The notes: a model not told the origin generated them from the letters alone. DNA of 64,000 bases from Escherichia coli (GCF_003018235.1 NZ_CP027437.1); one strand, 5' to 3'. Counted from the first letter of the stretch, positions 30,735 to 42,610 are shown. Numbers and translations: made by a program.

Positions 30735-32432
30735 ATGGAACCAAAAACAAAAAAACAGCGTTCGCTTTATATTCCTTACGCTGGCCCTGTACTGCTGGAA
30801 TTTCCGTTGTTGAATAAAGGCAGTGCCTTCAGCATGGAAGAACGCCGTAACTTCAACCTGCTGGGGTTACTGCCGGAAGTGGTCGAAACCATCGAAGAAC
30901 AAGCGGAACGAGCATGGATCCAGTATCAGGGATTCAAAACCGAAATCGACAAACACATCTACCTGCGTAACATCCAGGACACTAACGAAACCCTCTTCTA
31001 CCGTCTGGTAAACAATCATCTTGATGAGATGATGCCTGTTATTTATACCCCAACCGTCGGCGCAGCCTGTGAGCGTTTTTCTGAGATCTACCGCCGTTCA
31101 CGCGGCGTGTTTATCTCTTACCAGAACCGCCACAATATGGACGATATTCTGCAAAACGTGCCGAACCATAATATTAAAGTGATTGTGGTGACTGACGGTG
31201 AACGTATTCTGGGGCTTGGTGACCAGGGCATCGGCGGGATGGGCATTCCGATCGGTAAACTGTCGCTCTATACCGCTTGTGGCGGCATCAGCCCGGCGTA
31301 TACCCTTCCGGTGGTGCTGGATGTCGGAACGAACAACCAACAGCTGCTTAACGATCCGCTGTATATGGGCTGGCGTAATCCGCGTATCACTGACGACGAA
31401 TACTATGAATTCGTTGATGAATTTATCCAGGCTGTGAAACAACGCTGGCCGGACGTGCTGTTGCAGTTTGAAGACTTCGCACAAAAAAATGCGATGCCGT
31501 TACTTAACCGCTATCGCAATGAAATTTGTTCTTTTAACGATGACATTCAGGGCACCGCGGCGGTAACGGTCGGCACACTGATCGCAGCCAGCCGCGCGGC
31601 GGGTGGTCAACTGAGCGAGAAAAAAATCGTCTTCCTTGGCGCAGGTTCAGCGGGATGCGGCATTGCCGAAATGATCATCGCCCAGACCCAGCGCGAAGGA
31701 TTAAGCGAGGAAGCGGCGCGGCAGAAAGTCTTTATGGTCGATCGCTTTGGCCTGCTGACGGACAAGATGCCGAACCTGCTGCCTTTCCAGACCAAACTGG
31801 TGCAGAAGCGCGAAAACCTCAGTGACTGGGATACCGACAGCGATGTGCTGTCACTGCTGGATGTGGTGCGTAATGTAAAACCAGATATTCTGATTGGCGT
31901 CTCAGGACAGACCGGGCTGTTTACGGAAGAGATCATCCGTGAGATGCATAAACACTGTCCGCGTCCGATCGTGATGCCGCTGTCTAACCCGACGTCACGC
32001 GTGGAAGCCACACCGCAGGACATTATCGCCTGGACTGAAGGTAACGCGCTGGTCGCCACTGGCAGTCCGTTTAATCCAGTGGTATGGAAAGATAAAATCT
32101 ACCCTATCGCCCAGTGCAACAACGCCTTCATTTTCCCGGGCATCGGGCTGGGCGTTATTGCTTCCGGCGCGTCACGTATCACCGATGAGATGCTGATGTC
32201 GGCAAGTGAAACGCTTGCTCAGTATTCGCCGCTGGTCCTGAACGGCGAAGGCCTGGTACTACCGGAACTGAAAGATATTCAGAAAGTCTCCCGCGCAATT
32301 GCGTTTGCGGTTGGCAAAATGGCGCAGCAGCAAGGCGTGGCGGTGAAAACGTCTGCCGAAGCTTTGCAACAAGCCATTGATGATAATTTCTGGCACGCCG
32401 AATACCGCGACTACCGCCGTACCTCCATCTAA
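30735..32432 (+). CDS. maeA: NAD-dependent malic enzyme
   Basis: Start at ATG 30735 ([12 protein letters not shown]...) giving 565 aa; an alternative upstream ATG at 30699 exists; malic-enzyme signature [17 protein letters not shown]. Confidence 0.93.
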   Translation: MEPKTKKQRSLYIPYAGPVLLEFPLLNKGSAFSMEERRNFNLLGLLPEVVETIEEQAERAWIQYQGFKTEIDKHIYLRNIQDTNETLFYRLVNNHLDEMMPVIYTPTVGAACERFSEIYRRSRGVFISYQNRHNMDDILQNVPNHNIKVIVVTDGERILGLGDQGIGGMGIPIGKLSLYTACGGISPAYTLPVVLDVGTNNQQLLNDPLYMGWRNPRITDDEYYEFVDEFIQAVKQRWPDVLLQFEDFAQKNAMPLLNRYRNEICSFNDDIQGTAAVTVGTLIAASRAAGGQLSEKKIVFLGAGSAGCGIAEMIIAQTQREGLSEEAARQKVFMVDRFGLLTDKMPNLLPFQTKLVQKRENLSDWDTDSDVLSLLDVVRNVKPDILIGVSGQTGLFTEEIIREMHKHCPRPIVMPLSNPTSRVEATPQDIIAWTEGNALVATGSPFNPVVWKDKIYPIAQCNNAFIFPGIGLGVIASGASRITDEMLMSASETLAQYSPLVLNGEGLVLPELKDIQKVSRAIAFAVGKMAQQQGVAVKTSAEALQQAIDDNFWHAEYRDYRRTSI

Positions 32433-32438
32433 GCCTGC

Positions 32439-32470
32439 GCCCGGTGGTGAAAGCTGCCGGGCAATTTTCC
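32439..32470 (+). terminator. Stem-loop (gcccgg ... ccgggc) with T-rich tail after maeA
   Basis: Inverted repeat followed by aattttcc. Confidence 0.4.
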
Positions 32471-32565
32471 TCTCCCTTTTTCAGATCTCATCCATACTGG
32501 GTAGTGGCGAATAAATCTCATTTGCCTCACCTGCTATGCAGAACATCATCCGAAAAGGAGGAACT

Positions 32566-33576
32566 ATGAAGGCTGCAGTTGTTACGAAGGATCATCATGT
32601 TGACGTTACGGATAAAACACTGCGCTCACTGAAACATGGCGAAGCCCTGCTGAAAATGGAGTGTTGTGGTGTATGTCATACCGATCTTCATGTTAAGAAT
32701 GGCGATTTTGGTGACAAAACCGGCGTAATTCTGGGCCATGAAGGCATCGGTGTGGTGGCAGAAGTTGGCCCAGGTGTCACCTCATTAAAACCAGGCGATC
32801 GTGCCAGCGTGGCGTGGTTTTACGAAGGATGCGGTCATTGCGAATACTGTAACAGTGGTAACGAAACGCTCTGCCGTTCAGTTAAAAATGCCGGATACAG
32901 CGTTGATGGCGGGATGGCGGAAGAGTGCATCGTGGTGGCGGATTACGCGGTAAAAGTGCCAGATGGCCTGGACTCGGCGGCGGCCAGCAGCATTACCTGT
33001 GCAGGGGTCACCACCTACAAAGCCGTTAAGCTGTCAAAAATTCGTCCAGGGCAGTGGATTGCTATCTACGGTCTTGGCGGTCTGGGTAACCTCGCCCTGC
33101 AATACGCGAAGAATGTCTTTAACGCGAAAGTGATCGCCATTGATGTCAATGATGAGCAGTTAAAACTGGCAACCGAAATGGGCGCTGATTTAGCGATTAA
33201 CTCACGCACTGAAGACGCCGCCAAAATTGTGCAGGAAAAAACCGGTGGCGCTCACGCCGCGGTGGTGACAGCGGTAGCTAAAGCTGCGTTTAACTCGGCG
33301 GTTGATGCTGTACGAGCAGGCGGTCGTGTTGTGGCTGTCGGTCTGCCGCCGGAGTCTATGAGCCTGGACATCCCACGCCTTGTGCTGGATGGTATTGAAG
33401 TGGTCGGTTCGCTGGTCGGCACGCGCCAGGATCTCACCGAAGCCTTCCAGTTTGCCGCCGAAGGCAAAGTGGTACCGAAGGTCGCCCTGCGTCCGTTAGC
33501 GGACATCAACACCATCTTTACTGAGATGGAAGAAGGCAAAATCCGTGGCCGTATGGTGATTGATTTCCGCCGCTAA
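32566..33576 (+). CDS. adhP: Zinc-dependent alcohol dehydrogenase, propanol-preferring
   Basis: Start at ATG 32566 with AGGAGG RBS; GHEGIGVV and CGHCEYC zinc-ADH motifs. Confidence 0.93.
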   Translation: MKAAVVTKDHHVDVTDKTLRSLKHGEALLKMECCGVCHTDLHVKNGDFGDKTGVILGHEGIGVVAEVGPGVTSLKPGDRASVAWFYEGCGHCEYCNSGNETLCRSVKNAGYSVDGGMAEECIVVADYAVKVPDGLDSAAASSITCAGVTTYKAVKLSKIRPGQWIAIYGLGGLGNLALQYAKNVFNAKVIAIDVNDEQLKLATEMGADLAINSRTEDAAKIVQEKTGGAHAAVVTAVAKAAFNSAVDAVRAGGRVVAVGLPPESMSLDIPRLVLDGIEVVGSLVGTRQDLTEAFQFAAEGKVVPKVALRPLADINTIFTEMEEGKIRGRMVIDFRR

Positions 33577-33721
33577 GAGGCCTTTGCTGCGACTGCCATG
33601 TTCGGGTCGCAGCATCGCACACTCTCCAACATGAAATGGCTAAATGGATTATTGTTGCGTAGGAAGGAACAATAATGATAGTGTTCCTGGTGAAGGAACG
33701 CTACTGAGAGTAAAGACACTA

Positions 33722-34006
33722 ATGAAAATGGCCAATCATCCCCGCCCGGGGGACATTATTCAGGAATCACTGGACGAACTTAATGTCAGCCTGCGCGAGT
33801 TTGCCAGAGCAATGGAAATTGCGCCCTCAACGGCAAGCCGATTGCTGACCGGAAAAGCAGCTTTGACACCAGAAATGGCGATTAAACTTTCCGTGGTGAT
33901 CGGCAGTTCGCCGCAAATGTGGCTGAATCTGCAAAACGCCTGGAGTCTGGCAGAGGCAGAAAAAACGGTGGATGTGTCGCGATTACGCCGTCTGGTTACG
34001 CAATAA
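33722..34006 (+). CDS. yddM: HigA/VapI-family HTH protein YddM (putative solitary antitoxin, 94 aa)
   Basis: HTH segment ([22 protein letters not shown]); start chosen at ATG 33722 (MKMANHP...); the upstream in-frame extension from 33644 looks non-coding. Confidence 0.8.
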
Positions 34007-34036
34007 AAAAATGGCGCTTCTTAAAGCGCCATTTTC
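34004..34036. terminator. Bidirectional rho-independent terminator between convergent yddM and fdnI
   Basis: aaaaaaatggcgctt-ctta-aagcgccatttt hairpin flanked by A/T runs on both sides. Confidence 0.65.
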
Positions 34037-34056
34037 AGCTTAAAGTTCAAAAGAGA

Positions 34057-34710
34057 TTATATCCCTTCTTCACTCTCTTTTTTCGCTTCTGCCTTCTCGA
34101 TTTCACGATACCAGCGCGGATGGTGTTTCTTCGCCCAGCGACGGCTCACCTTTCCTTCGATCATCCCTTTAATCGATCCTTTCACCCAGAATGCCATATA
34201 CATATGGATCAGGATGGCGTGGATCAGGATGATACCCGCAGCCGCGTGGATCAGCAGGCTATAACGGACAACCTGTATCGGGAAGTACTGCGCAAAGTAC
34301 GGACGCCAGATAATCACCCCGGTCACCAGCAGCACGAAAATCATGCTCATGATCGACCAGAACATCATCTTTTGCCCGGCGTTGTACTTACCAACATCCG
34401 CCACTTTGTGCTCATTGCCTTTTAATACTTCGACAATGTTCAACAGCCACGGAATATCTTTCTTATCCGGGATGTTGTGATGCACAAAACGCACAAACAT
34501 AAACATCAGCGCGACGAAAATCGCAATGCCGAAGAACGGGTGCAAAATGCGCCCCATCTGCGGCGTACCGAAGGTTTGCGTCAGCCATTGCAGCGTCGGG
34601 AAGAAGAACGAAATCCCGGACAGCGCCACCAGGAAGAAGCAAATCACCACGGTCCAGTGACAGGCGCGATCAATAAATTTGGTGCGCACAATCATTTTCG
34701 ACTTACTCAT
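34057..34710 (-). CDS. fdnI: Formate dehydrogenase-N gamma subunit (cytochrome b556)
   Basis: 217-aa product from the internal start ([15 protein letters not shown]...); 4 TM helices; 8-nt overlap with fdnH. Confidence 0.92.
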   Translation of the reverse strand: MSKSKMIVRTKFIDRACHWTVVICFFLVALSGISFFFPTLQWLTQTFGTPQMGRILHPFFGIAIFVALMFMFVRFVHHNIPDKKDIPWLLNIVEVLKGNEHKVADVGKYNAGQKMMFWSIMSMIFVLLVTGVIIWRPYFAQYFPIQVVRYSLLIHAAAGIILIHAILIHMYMAFWVKGSIKGMIEGKVSRRWAKKHHPRWYREIEKAEAKKESEEGI

Positions 34711-35587
34711 GATGATCCTCCTCGTCATCGTCCACTTCCTTATTCGGGCCAATACCGATGTAGTGGAAAATCAACCCGGCAAAAGTGGCAATAAAGCCAG
34801 CCGCTGCCAGCGGTTTCAACGCGCCTTTCCACAGGCTTACCGAGGTGTCGATCTTCGGATCTTTCGGCAGACCGTGATACAGCTCCGGCTGATCGGCATG
34901 ATGCAGCACGTACATGACATGCGTACCACCGACCCCTTCCGGGTTGTAGACGCCAGCATGTTCGTAACCACGCGCTTTCAGTTTCGCCACGCGCTGTTCC
35001 GCCAGCTCCAGCATCTCCTTCTTGGTACCGAAGTGGATAGCCCCGGTCGGACAGGTTTTCACACAAGCCGGTTCCTGGCCGACGCTGACGCGATCGACGC
35101 AGAGCGTGCATTTATATACCCGGTTATCCTCTTTGTTGAGGCGCGGAATATTAAACGGACACCCGGCAATGCAGTAACCACAGCCGATGCAGTTTTCCGA
35201 CTGGAAATCGACAATCCCGTTAGCGTACTGAATGATTGCACCAGCAGACGGGCACGCCTTCAGGCAGCCCGGATCTTCACAGTGCATACAGCCGTCTTTA
35301 CGGATCAGCCACTCCAGCTTGCCGTTCTGTTCGGTTTCGCTAAAGCGCATCACCGTCCAGGACTTGGCGCTCAGATCGGCGGGGTTATCGTAAACCCCGA
35401 CGCAGTGCCCCACTTCATCACGGATGTCGTTCCACTCCGAACACGCCACCTGACAGGCTTTACAACCGATACAGGTGGAAACGTCGATAAGTTTCGCGAC
35501 TTCTGCTTTGTAATCACGCACCTGAGAAGGCGGCGTGATGGAGTTAGTTGCGGACCTTTTGATAATGTCCTGCGTTTCCATAGCCAT
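34703..35587 (-). CDS. fdnH: Formate dehydrogenase-N iron-sulfur (beta) subunit
   Basis: 294-aa ORF with four ferredoxin-type Cys clusters (e.g. [11 protein letters not shown]). Confidence 0.95.
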   Translation of the reverse strand: MAMETQDIIKRSATNSITPPSQVRDYKAEVAKLIDVSTCIGCKACQVACSEWNDIRDEVGHCVGVYDNPADLSAKSWTVMRFSETEQNGKLEWLIRKDGCMHCEDPGCLKACPSAGAIIQYANGIVDFQSENCIGCGYCIAGCPFNIPRLNKEDNRVYKCTLCVDRVSVGQEPACVKTCPTGAIHFGTKKEMLELAEQRVAKLKARGYEHAGVYNPEGVGGTHVMYVLHHADQPELYHGLPKDPKIDTSVSLWKGALKPLAAAGFIATFAGLIFHYIGIGPNKEVDDDEEDHHE

Positions 35588-35599
35588 CTGTTCGCCCCC

Positions 35600-38500
35600 T
35601 TACGCCTTCTCAATGTTGACTAAGAACGCTTTATATTCCGGCGTTTGCGAGTTTGCATCACCGACATTCGGCGTCAGAGTGTTAGCGATATAACCTTTAC
35701 GCGCGACACCCTCAAAGCCCCAGTGGATTGGAATACCCACCGTTTCAACCTGCTGACCGTTTACATTCAGCGGCTTCAGACGGCGCGTTACCACAGCCAC
35801 CGCGCGGATAAAGCCACGCTTGCTGGATACGGTGACACGGTCGCCATTGGCGATGCCTTTCGCCGCCGCCAGCGTTTCGCTGATTTCCACAAACTGTTCC
35901 GGCTGAGCAATGGCGTTGAGCAATGCATGCTTAGTCCAGGTGTGGAAGTGCTCGGTCAGACGATAGGTCGTACCCACATACGGGAACTGCTCTTTTTTAC
36001 CCATCCGCAGCGCGTCTTGTTCATACAGACGAACGACCGGGTTAGACACCACGTTCGGATGCAGCGGGTTAGTGCCCAGCGGCGTTTCAATTGGCTCGTA
36101 GTGTTCCGGGAACGGACCTTCCGCCATTTTGTTGATGGCAAACAGGCGTCCCATCCCTTCCGGCTGCATGATAAACGGTCCGGTTGGCGTACCTGGCGCG
36201 GCATTGCCGAAGTCCGGAATATCGTTACCCGTCCACTTGCTGCCGTTCCACTGGATCAGCATCCGTTTCGGATCCCACGGTTTACCGTTGATATCCGCCG
36301 AAGCACGGTTGTACAGCACGCGACGGTTGAGCGGCCACGCCCAGGCCCATCCCAGCGTATTCCCCAGACCGGATGGGTCGGAGTTATCGCGGTTAGCCAT
36401 CTGGTTGCCCTGCTCTGTCCAGCTACCGGTGTAGATCCAGCAAGACGATGCGGTTGTACCGTCATCACGCAGATGCGCAAAGCTACTCAGCAACTGACCT
36501 TTCTTCGCAATCAGCACGCCATTGGCATCATAGAGATCTTCCAGCGCGTAGCCGTTGTTCTCTTTAGCTACTTCGTCAGATTGCGGTTCGTGCGGCTGCT
36601 TGTAGTTCCAGCTCATCTTCATCAGCGGTTCTACGCCTTTACCACCTTCGGCCTGGTACAACTCGCGCAGATGATGGTAGATACCCGCCAGAATTTCGCC
36701 GTCGTTACGCGCTTCGCCCGGCGCGTCCTGACCTTTCCAGTGCCACTGCAACCAGCGACCGGAGTTAGCGATAGAACCATCTTCTTCAGCAAAGCAGGTC
36801 GAAGGCAGACGGAATACTTCAGTCTGAATAGACGCCGGATCGACATCGTTCGACTCGCCGTGGTTCTGCCAGAAGGTTGAGGTTTCAGTCACCAGCGGAT
36901 CGATAACCACCATGTACTTCAGTTTGCTCAGGCAGCTCACCACTTTGTTTTTGTCCGGGAAGGACGCAACCGGGTTAAAGCCCTGGCAGAAATAACCGGT
37001 GACTTTGCCTTCGTCCATCATGTTGAAATACTTGATGACGTCGTAGGTCTGGTCCCACTTCGGCAGCCAGTCGTAGCCCCAGTTGTTCTCTTTTTGCGCG
37101 GCATCGCCGTAGAAAGATTTCATAAGGCTAACGAAGAACTTCGGATAGTTGCTCCAGTAGTTCACCTGATCAGCCAGCGTCGCTTTCGGCGTGTTCGCTT
37201 CCAGATACGACTGCAAATCAACCTGTTTTTCTGACGGCAGCGTCAGATAACCCGGCAGGCTGGTAGAGAGCAGGCCTAAGTCGGTCAGACCCTGAATGTT
37301 GGAGTGACCACGCAATGCGTTCACGCCGCCACCGGCCATACCCATGTTACCGAGCAGTAACTGGATCATCGCCATAGTGCGGATGTTCTGCGCACCCACG
37401 GTGTGCTGCGTCCAGCCCAGCGCGTACAGGAAGGTGGTGGTGCGATCCGGCGCGCTGGTGGAGGCCAGCACTTCACACACTTTCAGGAAGTCGGCTTTTG
37501 GCGTACCGCAGATGTTTTCTACTACATCCGGCGTGTAGCGGGAAACGTGCTCTTTCAGCAGGTTCCACACACAGCGCGGATGAGTCAGTGTTTCATCGCG
37601 TTTCGCATAGCCGTTTTCATCGAACTGATAGTTCCAGGACGATTTATCGTACTGGCGTTTTTCAGCGTCGTAGCCGCTGAACAGACCGTCTTCGAAAGCA
37701 AAATCATCACGCACCAGCAGGCTGGCATTGGTGTAATGCTTAACGTATTCGGCATTGATTTTGTTGTTTTCGATCAGGTAGCGCAAAACGCCAGACAGGA
37801 ACGTAATGTCCGTACCGGAACGAATAGGTGCGTAAATATCCGCTACAGAAGCGGTACGCGTAAAACGGGGATCGACAACGATCAAGGTTGCATCGTTGTT
37901 GTTTTTCGCTTCCATCGCCCAGCGGAAACCGACGGGATGCGCTTCAGCAGCGTTACCGCCCATCACCATCACGACGTTAGCGTTTTTGATATCCACCCAG
38001 TGGTTGGTCATCGCACCGCGACCAAATGTTGGAGCAAGACTTGCTACCGTTGGTCCGTGTCAGACGCGCGCCTGGTTGTCTACCGCCAGCATCCCGAGGG
38101 AGCGGGCAAATTTCTGGGTCAGCATCCCGGTTTCGTTGCTGGCACCGGAGGCACACAGCATACCGGTAGAAAGCCAACGGTTTACCGTTACGCCCTGCTC
38201 GTTCTTTTCAATAAAGTTAGCGTCACGGTCAGCTTTCATCAGCTTCGCTATACGGGAGAATGCTTCTTCCCAGCTAATGCGCTGCCATTTGTCAGAACCT
38301 GGCGCACGATATTCCGGGTAGCGCAGACGGTTTTCGCTGTTGACGTAATCCAGCAAACCGGCCCCTTTCGGGCACAGCGCACCACGGCTTACCGGATGAT
38401 CCGGGTCACCTTCAATGTGATAAATCGCTTCTCTGGCGTTTTTCGCGCCATCACCCAGGCTATACATCAATAGCCCGCAACCTACGGAACAGTATGTGCA

Positions 38501-38647
38501 GGTGTTACGGATCTCTTTAGCGCGTAATAATTTGTAGTTTCGCGCCTGAGCCAGTGCTTGCTTCGGGGCAAAGCCCAATGCCGCTACTGTTGTTCCAGCC
38601 ATACCGCCCGCGCAGATTTTAAAAAATTGTCTGCGACTGACGTCCAT
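35600..38647 (-). CDS. fdnG: Formate dehydrogenase-N alpha subunit, selenocysteine-containing (in-frame TGA at 38060..38062)
   Basis: ORFs 38060..38647 and 35600..38011 are one frame interrupted only by TGA, giving 1015 codons with Sec at codon 196; Tat signal RRQFFK. Confidence 0.93.
38020..38059 (-). promoter_or_regulatory. Putative SECIS stem-loop immediately 3' of the fdnG UGA codon
   Basis: mRNA segment ...GGUAGCAAGUCUUGCUCC... can fold into a hairpin with a GUCUU-type apical loop, similar in shape to the fdhF SECIS. Confidence 0.5.
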
Positions 38648-38711
38648 TGCTTTCCTCTTTTTTCAGGGGTATTACTGCGCGAGGAAACTAACAGTAAAAT
38701 TCTGAATCTTT

Positions 38712-38725
38712 TTGCGCGAAATCAA
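38712..38725 (-). promoter_or_regulatory. Candidate FNR site (TTGAT-N4-CGCAA on the fdnG sense strand) in the fdnG promoter
   Basis: Half-site match to TTGAT-N4-ATCAA about 70 bp upstream of the fdnG ATG. Confidence 0.35.
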
Positions 38726-38772
38726 AAAGAACACGTGTTTGCCACAAAATAATCCGCCTGCGCAAATTGACC

Positions 38773-38788
38773 TACCTCAATAGCGGTA
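38773..38788 (-). promoter_or_regulatory. Candidate NarL 7-2-7 heptamer pair (TACCGCT-at-TGAGGTA on the fdnG sense strand)
   Basis: Inverted heptamers resembling TACYYMT-N2-AKRRGTA, about 60 bp upstream of the FNR-like site. Confidence 0.35.
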
Positions 38789-38878
38789 GAAAAACGCACC
38801 ACTGCCTGACAGGCCAGTTAAAAAAATGCTATAAAATTCAGCTTAATTTTTAACGGCAAGAGAGACAAAACAGCGAGC

Positions 38879-39760
38879 ATGACACGACAAAAAGCAACGC
38901 TCATAGGGCTAATAGCGATCGTCCTGTGGAGCACGATGGTAGGATTGATTCGCGGTGTCAGCGAGGGGCTAGGCCCGGTCGGCGGCGCAGCTGCTATCTA
39001 TTCATTAAGCGGGCTGCTGTTAATCTTCACAGTTGGATTTCCGCGTATTCGGCAAATCCCGAAAGGCTATTTACTCGCCGGGAGTCTGTTATTCGTCAGC
39101 TATGAAATCTGTCTGGCGCTTTCCTTAGGGTATGCGGCGACCCGTCATCAGGCGATTGAAGTGGGTATGGTGAACTATCTGTGGCCCAGCCTGACAATTC
39201 TCTTTGCCATTCTGTTTAATGGTCAGAAAACCAACTGGCTGATTGTACCAGGATTATTATTAGCCCTCGTCGGCGTCTGCTGGGTGTTAGGCGGTGACAA
39301 TGGGTTACATTATGATGAAATCATCAATAATATCACCACCAGCCCATTGAGTTATTTCCTGGCGTTCATTGGTGCGTTTATCTGGGCAGCCTACTGCACA
39401 GTAACGAATAAATACGCACGCGGATTTAATGGAATTACCGTTTTTGTCCTGCTAACGGGAGCAAGTCTGTGGGTTTACTATTTTCTCACGCCACAACCAG
39501 AAATGGCATTTAGCACGCCAGTCATGATTAAACTCATCTCTGCGGCATTTACCTTAGGATTTGCTTATGCTGCATGGAACGTCGGTATATTACATGGCAA
39601 CGTCACCATTATGGCGGTAGGTTCGTATTTTACGCCCGTTCTTTCCTCAGCGCTTGCAGCCGTGCTGCTCAGCGCCCCGCTGTCGTTCTCGTTCTGGCAA
39701 GGCGCGCTAATGGTCTGCGGCGGTTCCCTGCTCTGCTGGCTGGCGACACGTCGTGGCTAA
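38879..39760 (+). CDS. yddG: Aromatic amino acid exporter YddG (DMT/EamA family)
   Basis: 293-aa polytopic membrane protein recognised as YddG. Confidence 0.92.
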   Translation: MTRQKATLIGLIAIVLWSTMVGLIRGVSEGLGPVGGAAAIYSLSGLLLIFTVGFPRIRQIPKGYLLAGSLLFVSYEICLALSLGYAATRHQAIEVGMVNYLWPSLTILFAILFNGQKTNWLIVPGLLLALVGVCWVLGGDNGLHYDEIINNITTSPLSYFLAFIGAFIWAAYCTVTNKYARGFNGITVFVLLTGASLWVYYFLTPQPEMAFSTPVMIKLISAAFTLGFAYAAWNVGILHGNVTIMAVGSYFTPVLSSALAAVLLSAPLSFSFWQGALMVCGGSLLCWLATRRG

Positions 39761-40018
39761 AATAATTGTCGGGTCTACGGCCCGGCAGTTAATCAGATAA
39801 ATTCCGACAATATAAAAAAATAAATTTCAAATACCAGTAGTTCACCTTATATTTCATTTCGACTTCGATCACATATCGATAAATAATATTATTTCATCTA
39901 TTTTTCTCATTGTTTTTAATCACCATTCTATTTTAAAAACAGTATGTCATTTATAAATGACGCCGTTTAAAATTCGTTTAGAAAATACGTTTAACGATAA
40001 TTAAAAGGATTCTGTTAA

Positions 40019-41119
40019 ATGAAATTAAAAATAGTTGCGGTGGTTGTAACTGGTTTGTTAGCTGCGAACGTAGCACACGCTGCCGAAGTCTATAACAAGG
40101 ATGGTAATAAACTCGACCTTTATGGCAAGGTTACCGCTCTACGTTATTTTACTGATGATAAGCGTGACGATGGTGATAAAACTTATGCCCGTCTCGGCTT
40201 TAAAGGAGAAACGCAAATCAATGATCAAATGATTGGTTTTGGTCACTGGGAATATGATTTTAAAGGCTATAACGATGAAGCCAACGGCTCGCGCGGTAAC
40301 AAGACCCGTCTGGCCTATGCAGGTTTAAAAATTAGTGAATTTGGCTCTCTGGACTATGGTCGTAACTACGGTGTCGGCTATGACATTGGTTCATGGACCG
40401 ATATGTTGCCAGAATTTGGTGGCGATACCTGGAGTCAGAAAGATGTCTTCATGACATACCGTACTACCGGTGTGGCAACCTATCGCAACTACGATTTCTT
40501 CGGCTTAATTGAAGGTCTGAACTTTGCCGCGCAATATCAAGGCAAAAATGAACGCACTGACAATGGTCATCTTTATGGTGCTGACTACACGCGTGCCAAT
40601 GGTGACGGTTTCGGTATCTCCTCAACTTATGTTTATGATGGCTTTGGTATCGGTGCGGTGTATACCAAATCCGATCGGACAAATGCGCAGGAAAGAGCCG
40701 CTGCTAATCCTCTCAATGCCTCCGGTAAGAATGCAGAACTGTGGGCTACAGGTATAAAATATGATGCCAACAACATCTACTTTGCAGCTAATTACGCTGA
40801 AACATTAAACATGACCACCTATGGCGATGGTTATATCTCTAACAAAGCACAAAGTTTTGAAGTAGTGGCACAATATCAATTCGACTTCGGCTTGCGCCCA
40901 TCACTCGCTTACCTGAAATCGAAAGGCAGAGATCTGGGCCGCTACGGCGACCAGGACATGATTGAGTATATCGACGTTGGTGCGACGTATTTCTTCAACA
41001 AAAATATGTCGACCTATGTTGATTATAAAATCAACCTGATTGATGAAAGCGACTTTACCCGTGCCGTAGATATTCGCACCGATAACATCGTCGCAACGGG
41101 CATTACCTATCAGTTCTAA
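40019..41119 (+). CDS. yddL: General porin of the OmpC/OmpF/PhoE family, apparently intact (YddL-like)
   Basis: Signal peptide ending AHA-AEV, Gly/Tyr-rich beta-strand composition, C-terminal ..ITYQF; occupies the position of the K-12 yddL pseudogene. Confidence 0.85.
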   Translation: MKLKIVAVVVTGLLAANVAHAAEVYNKDGNKLDLYGKVTALRYFTDDKRDDGDKTYARLGFKGETQINDQMIGFGHWEYDFKGYNDEANGSRGNKTRLAYAGLKISEFGSLDYGRNYGVGYDIGSWTDMLPEFGGDTWSQKDVFMTYRTTGVATYRNYDFFGLIEGLNFAAQYQGKNERTDNGHLYGADYTRANGDGFGISSTYVYDGFGIGAVYTKSDRTNAQERAAANPLNASGKNAELWATGIKYDANNIYFAANYAETLNMTTYGDGYISNKAQSFEVVAQYQFDFGLRPSLAYLKSKGRDLGRYGDQDMIEYIDVGATYFFNKNMSTYVDYKINLIDESDFTRAVDIRTDNIVATGITYQF

Positions 41120-41132
41120 CATCCTCTCCTGA

Positions 41133-41158
41133 CCAGCCCTTCTCTGGGCTGGTTTTTG
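41133..41158 (+). terminator. Rho-independent terminator after the porin gene (ccagccc-ttctct-gggctgg + TTTTT)
   Basis: Stem-loop plus T-tract read directly. Confidence 0.65.
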
Positions 41159-41288
41159 ATTTAAGTGCTGCTGTATGACTCCTTAAGTAAAAATGAGCAA
41201 TTTTTGATATTTCTGGTCATTCACCTCAATTAATATTATTCCATACCCTCCGGGGACATCTTACTATAATATTTATTGATGAGTGATT

Positions 41289-42548
41289 ATGACCAATATT
41301 AATACAGCTTGTGTAAAAAATAATGCCAGTTATCAATTAAATAACGCATTACCTAACAAAGAAACCATCTCCAGCAATTTTTGTGAACGACTGGCACAAT
41401 GGGGTAATAAGTCGCTTAATAATGGTGAAGAAAGAGCTATTGCCGTAGAGCGAATTAAAGAAGCTTACAATTCGAACATGGCATCTCTTGATTTGTCATA
41501 TCTTGATTTGAGTGAGTTACCGCCTATCCCCTCGACAGTTAACACGTTAAATCTGGAAAAAAATTGTCTCACTTGTCTTGACTTTACTGACAATGCCAGC
41601 CTCGTCAATATCAACCTCAGCTTTAATAAAATTAAAACGATAACCTTTCCAAATGAATCAAAACTGGAAAATATTTATATTGATCACAACAATCTGGAAA
41701 ATTTGGATTTAAAAAATCAGCATTCATTGGTTAACCTGGAAGCGCAAAATAACAACCTGACAAAAATTAATATTTCTGATAGTTATAAACTGAAATTTCT
41801 TAATCTTGATTATAACAAGCTAGCATCGCTGGATCTCTCCCGGCAAGAATCTCTGATTGAGTTAAGTGCCCATCACAATATGATCACTGACCTTATATTA
41901 CACAATCATCCCAGGATGAAAAAAATCACTTTAAACGACAACCATATTGCACATTTAAACGCGAAAACCACTACAAAACTGGAATATTTAAACTTAAGCA
42001 ATAACAATTTATTGCCAACAGATGACATTGATCAATTAATATCATCAAAACATCTTTGGCATGTATTAGTTAACGGCATCAACAATGATCCACTTGCCCA
42101 AATGCAGTACTGGACTGCAGTAAGAAATATAATTGATGACACTAATGAAGTGACCATTGAATTATCTTATAATCTGGCAATCACAAATATCGATACCAGC
42201 GATGAACATCTTGTAGAAGTAAGCGAGAATTCCGAAGGAAATCATATAAAAGACAATGACTCAATGTCTATTCGTTATAGATCAAAATATTATTCTAGAG
42301 AGTACGCTTTAATAGAAGAAGAAACAATATTTTCTGACGCAGAACTAAAAGCCATTCTGCCTATGCATCGCATGTACGGGGTTGGTGACTATAAGTCAAA
42401 TTCCTCTTCTCTACCCTCACACTCGGGGCTAAAGGACCCAACGGGCACACCCGTCTGTTATTATATTCATAATGAGGATAAACCTTCCTTAGGTTATGGT
42501 TCAACACCCAATAATTGGTTAAACCAATCCTTTTCTACAGAGTTATAA
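41289..42548 (+). CDS. Leucine-rich-repeat protein (YddK-like; IpaH/SspH-type N-terminal LRR domain, no recognisable NEL ligase domain)
   Basis: Tandem 20-22-aa LxxLxLxxNxL repeats; N-terminal W..K..GEER.AV.RIKE segment followed by LDLS.L..LPP; about 70 percent A+T; start at 41289 or alternative GTG at 41283. Confidence 0.75.
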   Translation: MTNINTACVKNNASYQLNNALPNKETISSNFCERLAQWGNKSLNNGEERAIAVERIKEAYNSNMASLDLSYLDLSELPPIPSTVNTLNLEKNCLTCLDFTDNASLVNINLSFNKIKTITFPNESKLENIYIDHNNLENLDLKNQHSLVNLEAQNNNLTKINISDSYKLKFLNLDYNKLASLDLSRQESLIELSAHHNMITDLILHNHPRMKKITLNDNHIAHLNAKTTTKLEYLNLSNNNLLPTDDIDQLISSKHLWHVLVNGINNDPLAQMQYWTAVRNIIDDTNEVTIELSYNLAITNIDTSDEHLVEVSENSEGNHIKDNDSMSIRYRSKYYSREYALIEEETIFSDAELKAILPMHRMYGVGDYKSNSSSLPSHSGLKDPTGTPVCYYIHNEDKPSLGYGSTPNNWLNQSFSTEL

Positions 42549-42610
42549 AACACATCCTGATTTATCAAGGATAATAAATCATTAAAATAAAGCATTACTA
42601 CGGAGCAGTT

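Noticed and set aside
33644-33721. Upstream in-frame extension of yddM ([13 protein letters not shown]...) that might have been a toxin remnant
   Set aside because: No RBS, Cys/Asn-rich unlike any RelE/HigB toxin, and too short; the likely start is the internal ATG at 33722.
35645-38473. Plus-strand ORFs of 411 aa (35645..36880) and 356 aa (37403..38473) opposite fdnG, and 34679..35623 opposite fdnH
   Set aside because: Antisense to highly conserved fdnG/fdnH coding sequence; Arg-rich translations typical of GC-rich antisense frames; no RBS or motifs.
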